Shown: piece after piece, positions 12,900 to 26,420 of the stretch
How positions within the stretch are numbered: position 1 is the stretch's first letter
How the letters are laid out: every line of letters begins with the position of its first letter
Source: Octopus vulgaris
Taxonomy: Eukaryota
Length of the DNA: 64,000 bases
NCBI GenBank assembly: GCA_951406725.2
Contig: OX597818.1
Span: 1,674,001-1,738,000, forward strand
Reading direction: 5' to 3'
The notes under the pieces: model-generated
Seen by the model: the letters and a program-made list of their open reading frames with translations, nothing else
What the model was told of the DNA's origin: nothing
Database searches by the model: none
Made by a program: the position numbers and the translations under genes

Positions 12900-15345
12900 A
12901 AGATGATAATAAAGTAAGAGAACAAAACGAACCAATAGTTTACGCGAAGCTATTCATCATTTGAACAACACCGGTTAATATACGGTGTCGAGTCTAATAG
13001 TTCCTGAGAAAAAAGATTATTTGTAAGGGAGGTAAGTAGTTTTGGATTTAGAGATGTGAGTGATGTAGGTAGTGTATAGGGTTTAGTGGTTTCAATTGAA
13101 GAGTTAGTGGTGTTCTGTATTGAGTTGTGTGTTCATATTTAGTTGGGAGAGAAATTTGTTTGCATTGTGGTGTTCTGTGAGCATTGGTAAAAGGGAAATA
13201 TTTGGAAATTGGGATTAAGATTCCTGGCACATCTTTCTATGTGTTCACTCACCTTTAACTGTCTGTATTGTGGGTGACGGATTTGCTCTTTGTGAATGGT
13301 GATTCTTTGACGGAGCGAAATTCCTGGTTGTCCAATATAGAGTTTACCACATCCTATGCATGTCATGACATAGATTACATTTGCTGAGGCGCAGGTGAAG
13401 TTTGATTTGATCTTAAATATTTCTCCTTGTTTGAATTGGAATTCTGAACCCTCCAGAAGGTGGGGGCATGTTCCACAGTTAGAATGTCCACATTTTGTCA
13501 CTTTTGGCTCAGTAGTTAGTGGGTAAAGTCTAGCGCTGGTTAATATTCTTTTCAGTGACTTCGGTTGCTTTTTGCTTTTTATAATTTTATATGAGCTTAA
13601 AATTTCGTTCATTGTTTTGTCTGCTGTGAGGATGGGAAGGTTTTGGGTGATGATGTTGAAGGCTTCGTTGTTTCTAGGGTTATGTGTGGAGATGTACGGG
13701 AGTATTTTTAAGTCTTGTTTAGTATTTCGGCTAGTTTTCGTTAATCTTTGTATATCTATTTCCTTAGCTCTTTTGATGCCTTCATTTACTAATGAGATTG
13801 GATAGTGTCTTTTAGTCAGTGTAGATCTAAGTTCAAGGAGTCTATGTTCACGAGTGTATGTATCGGAAACTATGGTGCAGATTATTTTTGCTAGGTTAAA
13901 GGGTATGTTGATTTTTATGTGTTTGGGGTGGCAGGAGTTAAATAATAGGTATTGTTTAGAATCTGTGGGTTTATAAAAGATGTCTGTTTCTATGTGGTTG
14001 TTAACTATTCTAATTAAGATGTCTAGAAAAGGTAGTTACTTACAGTTGTGTTCAATAGTGAATTGTATATTGCTGTGTATGTTGTTGAGCATTCTTTTGA
14101 AATCAAGGAGTTGATCCATGCTATCTTGCCAAAGTATGAAGCAATCATCTAAATATCTCTTCCAGTTCTCCTTTAAGTAGCAATTGAAAGAGGCGCCATA
14201 TTTTTCTAGTGATGATTGGTATAATTTAAGTTCGTGGTAACCCATTACGAGGTTTGCAGTCACTGGAGCAGCTCTGGTCCCCATTGCAATTCCGCATTCT
14301 GTCGATAGTAAGTAGTATAGAACAAGAAATGATTGTTCAACAGGACGAATTTCAGTGCTTCAATTATAAAATTGTGGTTAATTCGTCCTGGGATCTCTTC
14401 TGGGTATTTTTCTAGCCAAAATGTGGTTGCTTCTATACCATAGTCGTGTGGGATATTAGTGTATAGATTCACCACATCGAAAGACACCAGTAGAGTTCCG
14501 TCCTTTACTGTCTTCGGGAGGTGGTTCAGCATGTCTAGGCCATCCCTAATATAGCTTTTCACATATTTTAAAAGAGGTTTGAGTAATATGTCAAGGAAGT
14601 TACTCAAACGGTGGGTTTCGCAAGAAGGGCCAGCTATGATGGGTCTGAGTTTGAGGTCAGTAGGGGGAGGGACATTAATGCATAGGCTTGTAGAGACTTT
14701 GCAAGCTTCACAAATGAGTGGATTTTGATGTATTTTGGGTAATCCGTAGAATAGACTAGGACTGTATTTGAAATTGGATAAATAGTCAATTTCATGTGTT
14801 GTAAGACCCTTTCCATGAATTTGGAGTAAGGAGGATAGGTTTTTCAGTGTTTTCTGTGGATTGTAATATGTTAGTTTTTCATAGTAAGTATTATTTTCCA
14901 ACATGGAAAGTATTACATTTTTGTAGTACTCTGTATCCATCAATACTACCGTACTTCCTTTGTCGGCTTCTTTAATAGTGAGGTTTATGTCATTTTTTAG
15001 CTCGACAAGGTCTTTCCATTCATTTAAATTAAGGTTGGATTTGATATGTTGTTTGGGAATGGTATTGTATGGAAAACAAGTTATGTGATCACAGAAAGCA
15101 TCAAGTGCTTTATTTCTACCTTTTGTAGGATGGTACTCACTTTTGTTTTTCACTATTGAGTCATCTTCACTGGTGTAGTTGTAAAGAGCTTCTGTGAGGC
15201 GTAATTTTCGGCAGAAGTCCAAAGTATTGTCCTTAATTTCATTGGGTTCGATCTGCGGAGGGTAGGGGTAAATTTTAGACCTCTTGCTAGGATTTTGATT
15301 TGTATAGAACTCAGGATTTTTTTTGACTGGTTGATTATTTTCGGT
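12900..15345 (-). mobile_element. Penelope-like element (RT + GIY-YIG endonuclease), frameshifted
   Basis: ORF 14260-15399: IKEADKGS, FYGLPKIH, LRPIIAG, LVSFDVVNLYTNIP. ORF 14036-14284: MGTRAAP, RYLDDCF. ORF 13139-13612: CGHSNCGTC..VIYVMTCIGCGKLYIGQ..LRQRITIH (GIY-YIG). Confidence 0.93.
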
Positions 15346-15447
15346 TGGGTGTATATATATATATACATATATATATATAGGGATAGGGAAAAACGCCAAC
15401 GATTTACATGTAGTTACATTTAGAAATATATATATATTTATATATGT

Positions 15448-15690
15448 GGAGGCGCGTGACTTAGTGGTTAGGGTGTCAGTATCATGATCGTAAGATTGTG
15501 GTTTTGATTCATGGACCGGGCGACGCGTTGTGTTCTTGAGATAAACACTTCATTTCACGTTGCTCCAGTACACTCAGCTGGTAAAAATGATGGACTGGCG
15601 TCCCATCCAGCTGGGGAATACATACGCCATTGAAACCGGGAAACCGGGCCAATAAGCCTGACTATGCTTTAAAAGGGCGCATTTATTTAT
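15448..15690 (+). mobile_element. tRNA-derived SINE (family 2)
   Basis: GGAGGCGCGTGACTTAGTGGTTAGG (A box), GGTTTTGATTC (B box), central GTGTTCTTGAG..CACTT..GTTGCTCCAGT domain and a TTTA tail. Confidence 0.7.
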
Positions 15691-15699
15691 TAAATGAGT

Positions 15700-16078
15700 T
15701 GTCAAACATTTAAACCAAATTTTCTCAAAACAATTTGCCCGACCGTCCCATAGGCCTCCCCTTTGAGAAACACAGATTTAACCTAAATTTGAGACACCAA
15801 ACAGGCGGCTTTTTTGCGCAAACTGCACGTGCATTTTCCTCGCGTACGCGTAGTATCGATCGCAATATCTGATGTACTTGCACGTACAAATGCACGTTCC
15901 CACGGCTTTATCGATCGCATTCTCACCTGGAATCTATTTTTGTAATTTTTCAAGACTTATACACGCCCTGATACCGTCCGTATCTACATATCAAATTTGA
16001 GCGCAATCGGATGGAGGATGCCCAAGATCCTAGAAGACACACACACACACACACACAGAACGGATTTCATATAATATA
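15700..16078 (+). mobile_element. Possible non-autonomous Helitron-like (DINE-1/Lep1-type) 3' portion
   Basis: CAAATTTGAGCGCAATCGGATG..CTAGAAGAC-(AC)n-TTTCATATAATATA organisation resembles such elements. Pattern recognition only. Confidence 0.35.
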
Positions 16079-16080
16079 TA

Positions 16081-17363
16081 CGAGGGACGTTCAATAAGTA
16101 ATGCCTCTGACCCACTTGCAGTTGTTTGATCTAGCTGAAATTTTGCATGTGCAATTATTTATATCTCTATAGAGTAAGTGGCAAATTACAGCTCTGAATT
16201 AATTGTGGTTTCTGATTTACAGGTGTTTGAACCGAGTCAAGTGTGAAATGGAGCCTGTTGAGTGTCGAGCAGTGATCCGGTTTTTGTATTTGAAAGGACG
16301 CACACCACGGGAGACGTTTGATGAAATGAAAGTAACTTATGGTAATGATGCCCCATCATATGACCTTGTAAAATGCTGGCATCGTGAATTCAAACATGGT
16401 CGGAACTCTGTGGAAACAGCTCCCAGATCTGGTCGCCCCCTTCTGCCATTGATGAGGCATCTGTCCGTCAAGTTGAGGCTGCCATTTTGGAAGATCGACG
16501 CGTAATTATTCGCTAAATAGCCCATGATGTCAAGATTAGTACCGGGTCTGTGGAAACTATCATTCATGACCATTTGCATATGCAAAAGGTGTCTGCCAGA
16601 TGGATTCCCAGGTTGCTCACGCCTTTCCAGAAGCAAGAACGCGTCGAGTGCTCGAGGGTGAATTTGGAGATGTGCCAAGAAGATGAGTCAAAATTTTTCA
16701 AAAGACTGATTACACAGGATGAAACCTGGGTCCATCACGATGATCCAGAGACCAAAACCCAGTCAATGCAGTGGAAGCACCGTGACTCACCCCCTCCAAA
16801 GAAGTGCAGCCCTCCGCTGGCAAGGTCATGCTCACAGTCTTCTGGGACCAGGACGGAGTAGTGATGACAGATTTCCTGGCAAAGGGTACCACAATTGCAG
16901 GAGCCTATTATGCTTCACTTTTGAGGAAATTAAGAGAAGTTATCAAAATCAAGAGACGGGGCAAGATCAGCAAAGGCATCCTCCTCCTGCAGGACAACGC
17001 TTCGGTCCACAACTCGCTTGTCGCCAGATCAGAAGCACAGGCGTATGGCTATGAACTCCTCCCCATCCCTCCTACTCTCCTGACCTTGCACCCTCTGATT
17101 TTCACCTCTTCCCAATCATGAAGTTGTTTTTGAAAGGAAAGCGTTTCCCAGATGATGCAGCCTTGATTTCTGAAGTCACGTTGAGGTTGGAGGACCAAGC
17201 TGGGTTCTTCTACAAAAACGGTCTCCAGAGCCGCATCAAACGATGGGAGAAATGCGTAACTCTGGGTGGTTCCTATGTAGAAAAGGACTAATAACTGTGC
17301 CAAGTTTCGTTGTTCTACTGCTATGGGAAGTGAGTCAGGGGCATTACTTATTGAACGCCCCTC

Positions 17364-17364
<1 letters not shown>
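16081..17364 (+). mobile_element. Full-length mariner (DD34D) DNA transposon, 1284 bp
   Basis: 31-bp TIRs CGAGGGACGTTCAATAAGTAATGCCTCTGAC and GTCAGGGGCATTACTTATTGAACGCCCCTCG (2 mismatches), with TA on both sides. Confidence 0.96.
16248..17291 (+). pseudogene. Mariner transposase with frameshifts and a stop
   Basis: MEPVECRAVIRFL.., WIPRLL, ITQDETWVHH, LLQDNA and [13 protein letters not shown] motifs are spread over several frames. Confidence 0.93.
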
Positions 17365-17458
<94 letters not shown>

Positions 17459-17597
17459 TGTATATATATATATATGTATATATATATGTGTGTGTGTGTG
17501 TGTGTTTGTGTTTGTGTGTGTGTATGTATGTATGTGTGTATGTATGTATGTATGTATGTATGTATGTATATATGTATGCATGTGTGTATGTGTGTGT
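17365..17597. repeat. Compound (TA)n/(TG)n/(TATG)n microsatellite
   Basis: Direct reading. Confidence 0.95.
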
Positions 17598-17803
17598 TTG
17601 TTTTTGTCCCCACCCTAATCATCGCTTGATAACCGATGTTGGTGTATTTACGTTCCCGTAACTTTGTTGTTTGGCAAAAGAGACCGATAGAATAAGTACT
17701 AGGCTTACAAAGAATAGGTCCTGGATTCGAATTATTCGACTAAAGTCGGTGCTCCAGCATGGCCGCACTCAAATGACTGAAACAAGCAAAAGAATAAAAG
17801 AAT
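17598..17803 (+). mobile_element. SINE family 1, 3' half
   Basis: CGCTTGATAACCGATGTTGGTG..GACCGATAGAATAAGTACTAGGCTT..GGTGCTCCAGCATGGCCGCA..GACTGAAAC..AAAAGAATAAAAGAAT. Confidence 0.85.
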
Positions 17804-18708
17804 GATATGAAATATTTTTCCGGTTAATTGTGGATTACATTTATAAATATCTTAACTGTTTATAATTAGAAAAAAGTCTTTAAAAACACTGAGATATTTT
17901 TGAGTCTTAAAAAGTACTTGGGATATCTGTTAAGGCAAAGTTTAATTACAGGAAGCGAAGATTCCCAGGTTTATTTAAATATTTACATTTCGCACAGCAG
18001 TGGAAAAGGTGTCAGAAATGAATGACTAGATAATTGCTGAAACATTAATTACTTGCTAATGAGTAGTTCGTCTGAGAAACACAATATTGTGTTTTGTTTT
18101 TATTTTTTTTTTAATCACTGCAGCAAAGAATGCTCTGATGTTTTCTGAACAACGAGTATAAAGAGGAAAGCAATCTAAATGTTTTACTCATTGTCTTTAA
18201 TAAAGCTAAACAAATATATACAACATTGAATGAATGAAATTAAAGTGTGGAACTTCTTTACGTAGAAGTAGTAGAGATTGTTTATTTGAATTTCAGCGTC
18301 CTTGAATAGGAGTTCTGAAATGGTAATGCGGGAAAATGACGGGGTAGCCAGTGATATAGAAAGCGACAGTAGATAAAAAGCATTGTGAAAAACACTAAGT
18401 ACTAATTATTCAAGCATGCTAAACTTTGTATAATAACTTCATAGAATGTAGTTTCCGTCAGTATTAATCAAATTACTAATTAGGTTGATTAAATAATGAT
18501 CTAACTAAACTTTTTTTCTTCTAAGTAACGCCTAAATTTAAAAGCAACGAACTGAATGACGAGTTTTAAGTTCAATTGATTAACATGTTAAACTTCAAAT
18601 ACATTGGCTGAAATCTGTGTAAATAGTAATGGTAGTCATGGAATAAATATTGTAAGTTAGCTATTGCTGCGTTGTTTCATTGTTTCAGCTGTTACCGTGA
18701 AGTGCTAA

Positions 18709-18778
18709 GGAAAAGGTAGACGAGGAATGTCTATGGAAAAGGTAGACGAGGGACGTCTGTGGAAAAGGTAGATGAGGG
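18709..18778. repeat. 26-bp minisatellite, ~2.7 copies
   Basis: GGAAAAGGTAGACGAGG(A/G)A(T/C)GTCT(A/G)T repeated. Confidence 0.85.
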
Positions 18779-19004
18779 TATATTGTCTAAATATCAAATG
18801 TTGATAATTTAATTGGAAATATTCGTTTTATTTATTAAATTTAATATTTCATAGTTTCTGCTGAATTTCTGGAACGATAACATCAATATTAGTAACCTAG
18901 AAATATCTTCTTTCAGGTCTGAAATATTCAGAATTTCTACTTGAAGTTAATGATTCAAGAGATAAAACTATCTAATTTCATATATCTGTGTTTATTAGTG
19001 TGTG

Positions 19005-19170
19005 TACATACATACATACATACATACATACATACATACATACATACATACATACATACATACATACATACATACATACACACACACACATACATACATA
19101 CATACATACATACATACATACATACATACATACATACATACATACATACATACATACATACATACACACA
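19005..19170. repeat. (TACA)n microsatellite
   Basis: Direct reading. Many similar tracts occur elsewhere (3735, 26780, 29195, 39640, 45480, 48445, 58135). Confidence 0.95.
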
Positions 19171-20249
19171 CATGTATGCATGTATATGAATACACGTTAT
19201 TTTCTTCCTTTCGTTTTGTGAAAATGTCCTTGACATTTCTCTATATCTGTAGCCTCGAAGAAGTGGTTCTTTGGAGTTGATATTATTGTTTCTCGCTATA
19301 ATTTCCTCAATATTTCTCCTTCCTTCGTAAGCGTCGCTTTGGGAATGCAACCTTATATATTTTTAGACTTTTCTTTCTAAGTCAATTATTTTGGTGTTTC
19401 TTTGATTCCAGTATAACATTGCAGTAATGTCAACATGTGGCTCGGCTAATTCTACTGCACTTGTTACATTTTTTTTATTAGTTTCGCTCTTTGCTAGATT
19501 TATAATTTTACTTTCGATTCTTTCTTATTTCTTTTTATTCAACCCTGTTAAATTGTCCTATCTTAAAACATTATTTATATTTTACACATATCATGTTTTG
19601 TTTTTTAACTCTACTTATATTTACTTTCTAAATTTTTTTATTAAGCTCCTAGCGTGAAATTAAATATCTTTTTACAGTCAGATTCTTGACACAGTTTGCC
19701 TGGATTTTATTATTTTTATTTTATTTATTCATTGTTCCTGTATTTTCGTTTTTGCTGTTATTATTTATTTATTTATTTATTGCATATTGTGTAGTTCAGG
19801 TTGGAGCCTCCGATGGTTGTGTTCAGAATGATAACGATATTTTGTATTTTTATGAACCCGAATATTGTTCAGTTTCTATTTCTCTTTCGTCGATTAATCG
19901 TTCTAATACTTCTTAAATCATATTTGGGTTTTAAAATTTTACAGAGAGAATTTTCTATGAATGAAACCAGCCACCCACCTACTGTCAACACACACGCACG
20001 AACACACACACACACACACACATGTGCGCGTGCGTGTGTAATATGCGAGTGAATGTTAGTTATTTGAGTGAACTGAATGAGCAATAGTTAAATGTCTTGG
20101 CTACAGACAAGGCAGAATGTTGACAGTTCCATAGTCTTTTTGTATCTCATTCCTTGTTTGTCACTTTGACATAAAGCTGGCAGCAGGGAGCTACTATTGG
20201 CATTTTCGAGTATTTTGATTCTCTCCTTACCAACAAACTATGATTTTAT

Positions 20250-20297
<48 letters not shown>

Positions 20298-20781
20298 ACA
20301 CACACTCACACACACACAAGAAGTATGGGTTTTGATGATTTATTCGAGTATTTGACAAGCAGAGTACTCTAAAAAAATACCAATAATACTCTCCATCCAT
20401 CAACCAATCAATTAAACAAATAATGCAATATTAACTAGTTAATACGTGATTTTACACTTTCTGTAAATCTAGTGTATGTAACAAGATTCTGCAGATTTGT
20501 CGCAGAGTAAAATATTATTATAAATGAATATGAATGAAATTGATTATTTAATTATGCTACGTGCGTTTTCATTTAATGGTTATTTATTTGTATATTAATG
20601 CATTACATAATAGAATAAAAGAACGAAATTAATGTATTTTGCTTAAACAACGTCTGAAGAAATCATCTGTATATTTTGTTCTATTAGCAAATATATTAAT
20701 AAGCAAATAAAGAATCATTCTGTGGAATCATACGTAACATAATCGATTCCACTCATATTCATTTACCATATATACTTATAA

Positions 20782-23028
20782 CACTGGTCAACAAGTATTT
20801 TTCATCAAGCATATGTTAAGGTGTACTTAGTGTAGTTTTTAATGCTGATTTCAAATATACAATTAGTTTTTTGACATCACGTACAGTTTTCAAGATGAGA
20901 AAGTTTTTTTGGCTTTAGCTCATGCATTAAATAGAAATTCCAATTAATGACATGTATGCATTTACATCATGGAAACATACCTTTAAAATAAACTACATTA
21001 TTCATTGCTGCATAGTTCAGATGCAATATTTCATCTTCTTAAATTAACCAATCAAGTGTTGTCTGATGAAATGGGTATTTCAACATCTCAAATTGTCCAG
21101 TCATAATTGGTCTGATGAAATATTTCATCAAGTTCAATATAGATATAAGTGTTTGTTTCTACAATGTCAAGACAGTGTAGAAATTGTCCTGGTGTGTTTT
21201 GTTATGTTTGTGGAAAATTTATTGTGAAAGCTCAAAAACGTACAATAGCACCAGAGATCAAGAAGATTTATAAGCTATACTTTGACTGTCCTCTTGGAGA
21301 TCAGGACAAGTTGAGGACACCACATTTTTTCTGCTCAAGTTCTCAAATGGCTTACGGGACTGGTTCATTAAGAAGAAGTCCATGCCTTTTGCCATTCCAA
21401 TGATATGGAGGGACCAAAGACCATTTTAATGACTTATTTTTGCAAAATAAATATCGCAGGATTTTCTATAAAGAATAAACAAAAAAAAATGGTGTATCCC
21501 AATTTGGATTCTGCCTCACAATGGAAGTCTGCCAATTCCAGTTCCATCAGATGATGGAGTTGATGATGCTGACTGTCATGATAGTGCTGCTGAGGAAGAT
21601 TACGTGGCTGATGATAGCTTTGAACCTCAGAAATTTTCCCAAACTGAACTGAATGACCTTGTCAGAGACCTATCCCTCTCAAAAGATAAAGCAGAACCGT
21701 TGGCATCAAGACTGAAGGCGAAGTATCTGCTAGAGCACAGTGTTGGTGTAACTTATTTTCGGCAGAGAGATGTGGTTCTACAAGCGTGTAGACTTTTTGA
21801 TTGTTTATCACAAAATCATGATCCTGCACAGTGGCGTTTATTTATTGACACTTCAAAACAAAGTTTAAAAGCTGTACTTCTCCTAAATGGCAATTTGAAG
21901 CCCTCCTATTGCACACTCCGTTTATCTTCATAAATCATATGAGAATATGGAACTTTTACTTCATGCCTATGAAAGATGCTAATGGAAAATGTGTGGATAT
22001 TTAAAAGTCATTGGAATGTTAATGGGAATGCAGTCCGGTTTCACAAAATACTGTTGTTTCCTGTGCCTGTGGGACTGTAAGGCAAGTGACAGACATTATT
22101 CGGGAGCAAATTGGCAGACAAGAACATCATACCAGCCAGGACTGTCTAGCGTCAAGAATACACATCTTGTAGATCCATGTAATGTCCTATTGCCACCTTT
22201 GCACGTAAAGGCTGATGAAACAGTTTGTAAAGACACTAAGGAAGAGAAATGCCAGAGGGTTTGAGTATATCGTAGACAAGTTTCCCAAAATCACAGAGGC
22301 GAAGTTGAAAGAAGGTATCTTATCGGACCCCGAATTAGAGAAGTATTCAAAGATGTCAAATCCAAGACAATACTGGATGAACTGGAACTTCATGCTTGGA
22401 ATGCTTTCAGTTGGATCTTTGAAAATTTCTTGGGCAACAAGAAGGCAATGGACTACAAGGATGGCATCAAGAATCTTCTGAAATGTTATTCAGCAATGAG
22501 TTGTTGCATGTCCCTGAAAGTTCACTTCTTGGACTCCCACCTGGATTTCTTCGCATATAACCTTGGAGCAGTGTCTGATGAACATGGTAAAAGATATCAC
22601 CAGGACACTAGTGCTATAGAGAAACGGTACCAAGGCTTCTGGAATGACAGTATGCTGGCTGACAACTGCAGGACACTTTACCGTGATCAACCAGATCAGG
22701 AACACCGCAGGAAATCCAAATCACAATGTTTCTAACTCTGTTGTTCTAACTTTGTCTGCTTTGTTTGACCCATTTTCTGTGTATTCACTCTTTCTAGAAT
22801 GATAGTGATGATTTTTAACTGAATAAACTCATTTACTTTCTAAAAATATGTCCTTATTTATTACGTTAATGATTTCATATATACAAATATGTAAATATTT
22901 GCATTATAAAAAAACGATAGGTGCCGCATACAAATGGAGAGAAAATTTAAATCAGCATGAAAATTTAGTGTAAAAAGGTTAGTTTGCATTCATTATGAGT
23001 ATAGCACATTTAATTTTGTTGACCAGTG
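20782..23028 (+). mobile_element. Full-length Chapaev3 (CMC) DNA transposon, 2247 bp
   Basis: Perfect 13-bp TIRs CACTGGTCAACAA / TTGTTGACCAGTG, with TAA on both sides (20779-20781, 23029-23031), fitting the TWA TSD of Chapaev3. Subterminal inverted ATGCTGATTT/AAATCAGCAT. Confidence 0.88.
21164..22735 (+). pseudogene. Chapaev3 transposase, multiple frameshifts
   Basis: N-terminal CRNCPGVFCYVCG zinc finger, LYFDCPLGDQDK..PH, WRLFIDTSKQSLKAVLL, GFTKYCCFLCLWD, LLPPLHVK, MSLKVHFLDSHLDFF..LGAVSDEHG.RYHQD. Confidence 0.88.
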
Positions 23029-23999
23029 TAATCGACCCTGAAGTCGTCCAGTTTGAGTAAAAGGTTAAGAATCTATATTCACCCCCCCAATACCCCAAAA
23101 AGAAAGCTGTAGCGAATCTGAAGTTCTTGCATACTTATATATATACAGATGGGTTAACGAAATTCACTGTAGTTAGTGTGGGGCAAAATGAATCATTTCT
23201 GCGTTCTTGTTCTTTTCTCCTTACCTATTTGAAACCATTACATTGAAAATATTGCATCATCATTTTGTACTGTTGAATCATCTCTGGAAGTAAAGAGTTG
23301 ATCAGCATAGTTGTTACTTTTGAAGTGGAGAGAATTTGATAAATGGTCAGGTGACAGGTACATTTTTCAGGAAATTTTCAGGAAACTTTTCAGGAAACTT
23401 TGACCCGATTGTAATTGAGGTTTTTAATAAAATATCTGGATAACTTTTTATGTTTAACTATCAAAATTCTTTTCTGTTTAATTTTATAATTTCCAGTTTT
23501 CATTAAAATGATGTCTAAAGTGGGGCAACTAATTTCAATGTCTTCTCTTTAATGACGCGGTGAATAAATATACTGGGAAGAGATCCACTCCAGCAGATCG
23601 TGAAGAGGCTAAAAAGAATAGTTTCTGTTGAAATTTCAAATTTACTTGAGCTTCGTTAATTTCACATCATGTGTCATTTTTCCATAATTCTCTTTCATTT
23701 TTCCTTGCTACTTTAATTGTGGTACTTTTGATCTTTATGGTGTCTAATTTTCCCCACCTAAATATGTCTTTGGTTTTCTCCAATGACAACAGAGATAATT
23801 TTCTGAAATAGTGTTCAGAACATGTTATAGTGTTTCAATATATTTAGAGAAGGTCATTTGCCTAGTTGATATAGTTTTATAAGGTAGTGAACATTTGTAG
23901 AAAATATATTTTTTCTCGAAGTTAAAAATGCAGTAAATTTTACTCATTGTGTCCCACCCTTAGTTTTATCTGTTTTTAAACCTCTTGCAACTTGGAAAC

Positions 24000-26420
24000 A
24001 TGTCTAAGAAGGATTACAGTCCTATAATTACAATGTATGCAAGACCAAAGAACAACAATAACAATAGCAATGTTGATGAGAGCAACAATAGAGGAAATAA
24101 CAATAATAACAATGATAACAAAAACATTCCCCACTCAAACAACTATAACATCCACACCACTGCCAACAACACCACCTACATCAACACCAACACCATCCAC
24201 AACAATAACAACAATAATGGACACAACGCAAGCACTACCACCACCACCACCACCAATAGCAACAACAATGCCAGCAACTATAACAACAACAGCCAAAACG
24301 ATAATAACACTCTACACTCTGTCTTCTGTAACCCTAACAACAAATCTTATGACATGACGAGGATCTACCCCACAGACTTACCTTTCAACAAAAGGGTATG
24401 TATCCCACCCCAAATTGACAGTGAAACAGAAACAAAGATCTCCTTAGCTAGAAATAGATTCCGACACATCTTAGACCAGTGCAACAAAACCACTAAAAAA
24501 CATAATGAGGAGGGGTACTCACCAACTCAGTTCATCTGTTGCCAAAGGCCTACAAAAACTGAAGCTGCGAATTAGGAACAGGGAATTTTGCTGTGGATAA
24601 ATGCATTGAGATAATATATGAGAGTGAAGTAGAGTTCTATGAAGTCGACACGAGGGAATTGGGCCTCCCTCTTAGACTAATCTACGACAGTGACTATTTA
24701 GACGACCATGACATCAGTAGATTCTGCCCCACCAGGTCACAGAGAGGAAGACCACACACCATCACCTCAGCAGTGAACAAAAGCACCGCAGAACCGCACC
24801 CACCCAAGACCCTGAGAACAACAATCAGGTGAAAGGAATGATAGCACATGCAATAGGGACTAGCGTAAGAACCACCTTGAAGAACCATAGTAATGTTCAA
24901 CAAGAAATTATACATGTAGGTTCAAGGTGCAGCCATTGGTGTCGGTGTAGCTGGAGATGTGGCCAGCCTCTTCATGGCCTGGTGGGACAGAAAACTTAAA
25001 CAATCCTTAGCAGAAAATACATCTATCGACATAACAGTCCACTAACTATTCTACTCTACCTGTGTAAACTGTGGGTATGGGGGTATGATATCTACTATGT
25101 CTACTATGCATATTTCCTATTTAGTATTGGAGAAGTTTCATTTATAAGGACATACTCCCGTATTTGTCTGAGTGTTGGGTCTTTTAGATGCTTGGATAAG
25201 ATGAGGATGTCAAGTCGACCCAGGTTGCCTCCATGTGGGTCTTTGGCATGTTGTTAGAGTGTGGAGGACTGTTTTTTGTCGTCATATTGTCTCAGATATT
25301 CATTTAGACGTTCTGCGCTGCTCCTATTAATGGTGTGTGTAGATATTTCTCCCGTTCTATTGTTTGTAGTGGAATTCTTCGATAATAAAATAATGGTGTA
25401 CTTCCTATTACTAGAAGATAGCTTTATGAGCCTTCTCTTATCGCTTAAAATGTGTTTCTACTGAACCCAGATTTTACTGGTTGCTGACCTACTTTCTTGG
25501 TTTCTATGTGTTGTTTTTCATAAAATGCCTATTACCCTAGCAATGTTTTATTGGTGTACTTCATCTGAAATTTTCATTTATTGAAAGGGGGCAACTAGTT
25601 ATTTCCTAGATGTGTCCTATGTATGTCATGTTCATGTCTTTACAAGTACCTTCTAACCATCTACTGAGATGACATTAATATCATAGTTAGGACCAACTCT
25701 AGTGACGGTAGTGTAGAAACAGAGAAGAACGTAATGGAGAGCATCCAGCAAATAGCTAACTCCATCCACCAAAGTATCAAGGTAACTATAGAATGCCCCA
25801 CTAAGCACCCCAACAATAGACTCCCTGTACCTGATACTAAACTTTGGTTAGAGACAATGAACAATAGAGTGCAGCTCCTCCACTCCTATTACATGAAACC
25901 CATAACTTCAAAATATGTTGTTCACAAGAACTCAGCTTTGTCACACATTTGTCGTAGATTTAGGAAAGATCTGAAGGAGACTAAACTCAACATTAAGATT
26001 GTTGAAAAGCCTGGTAACTCCATCAGATGAGAACTATGTAGGACGTACCCCTTTGAGAATAACATACGACCCAATGATAACTGCATAGTATGTAGGATTA
26101 GCCCTGACATTAACTGTAGAACTAGAAATTTAGTCTACAGCATAAGATGCATAGAAGGTGCTTGTAAATACATGAACATGACATACATAGGAGAGTCATC
26201 TAGGAGCATTGCGGAACGACAAAATGAACATTTGAGACAATATGACGACAAAAACAGTCCTCCATACTCTACCAACATGCCAAGGGCTAGCATGGAGGCA
26301 ACCTGGGTCAACTTGACATCTGCATCTTATCCAAGCACCCATAGGACCCAACCCTAAGACAAATACAGTAGTACATCCTCATAAATGAAACATCCCCAGT
26401 ACTAAATAGGAAATTTACCC
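24000..26420 (+). mobile_element. Degraded, rearranged Penelope-like element (second family)
   Basis: RT remnants (GAAIGVGVAGDVASLFMAWWD ~24925-24990; IKVTIECP..LPVPD..YYMKP 25734-26030) and GIY-YIG (TYIGESSRSIAERQNEH, 26172-26240). Contains an inverted copy of its GIY-YIG part at 25150-25655. Confidence 0.75.

Noticed and set aside
17243-19350. Many ORFs of YI/CV/HT/MYVC repeats here and across the window
   Set aside because: They are translations of (TA)n, (TG)n and (TACA)n microsatellites, not genes.
21060-21130. CTGATGA words as hammerheads (also CTGACGA at ~11268)
   Set aside because: No stem II followed by GAAA at a suitable distance.
23985-24575. 196-aa Asn/Thr-rich ORF as a host gene
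   Set aside because: Mostly (AAC/AAT)n low complexity running into PLE remnants, with no evidence of splicing or a domain.
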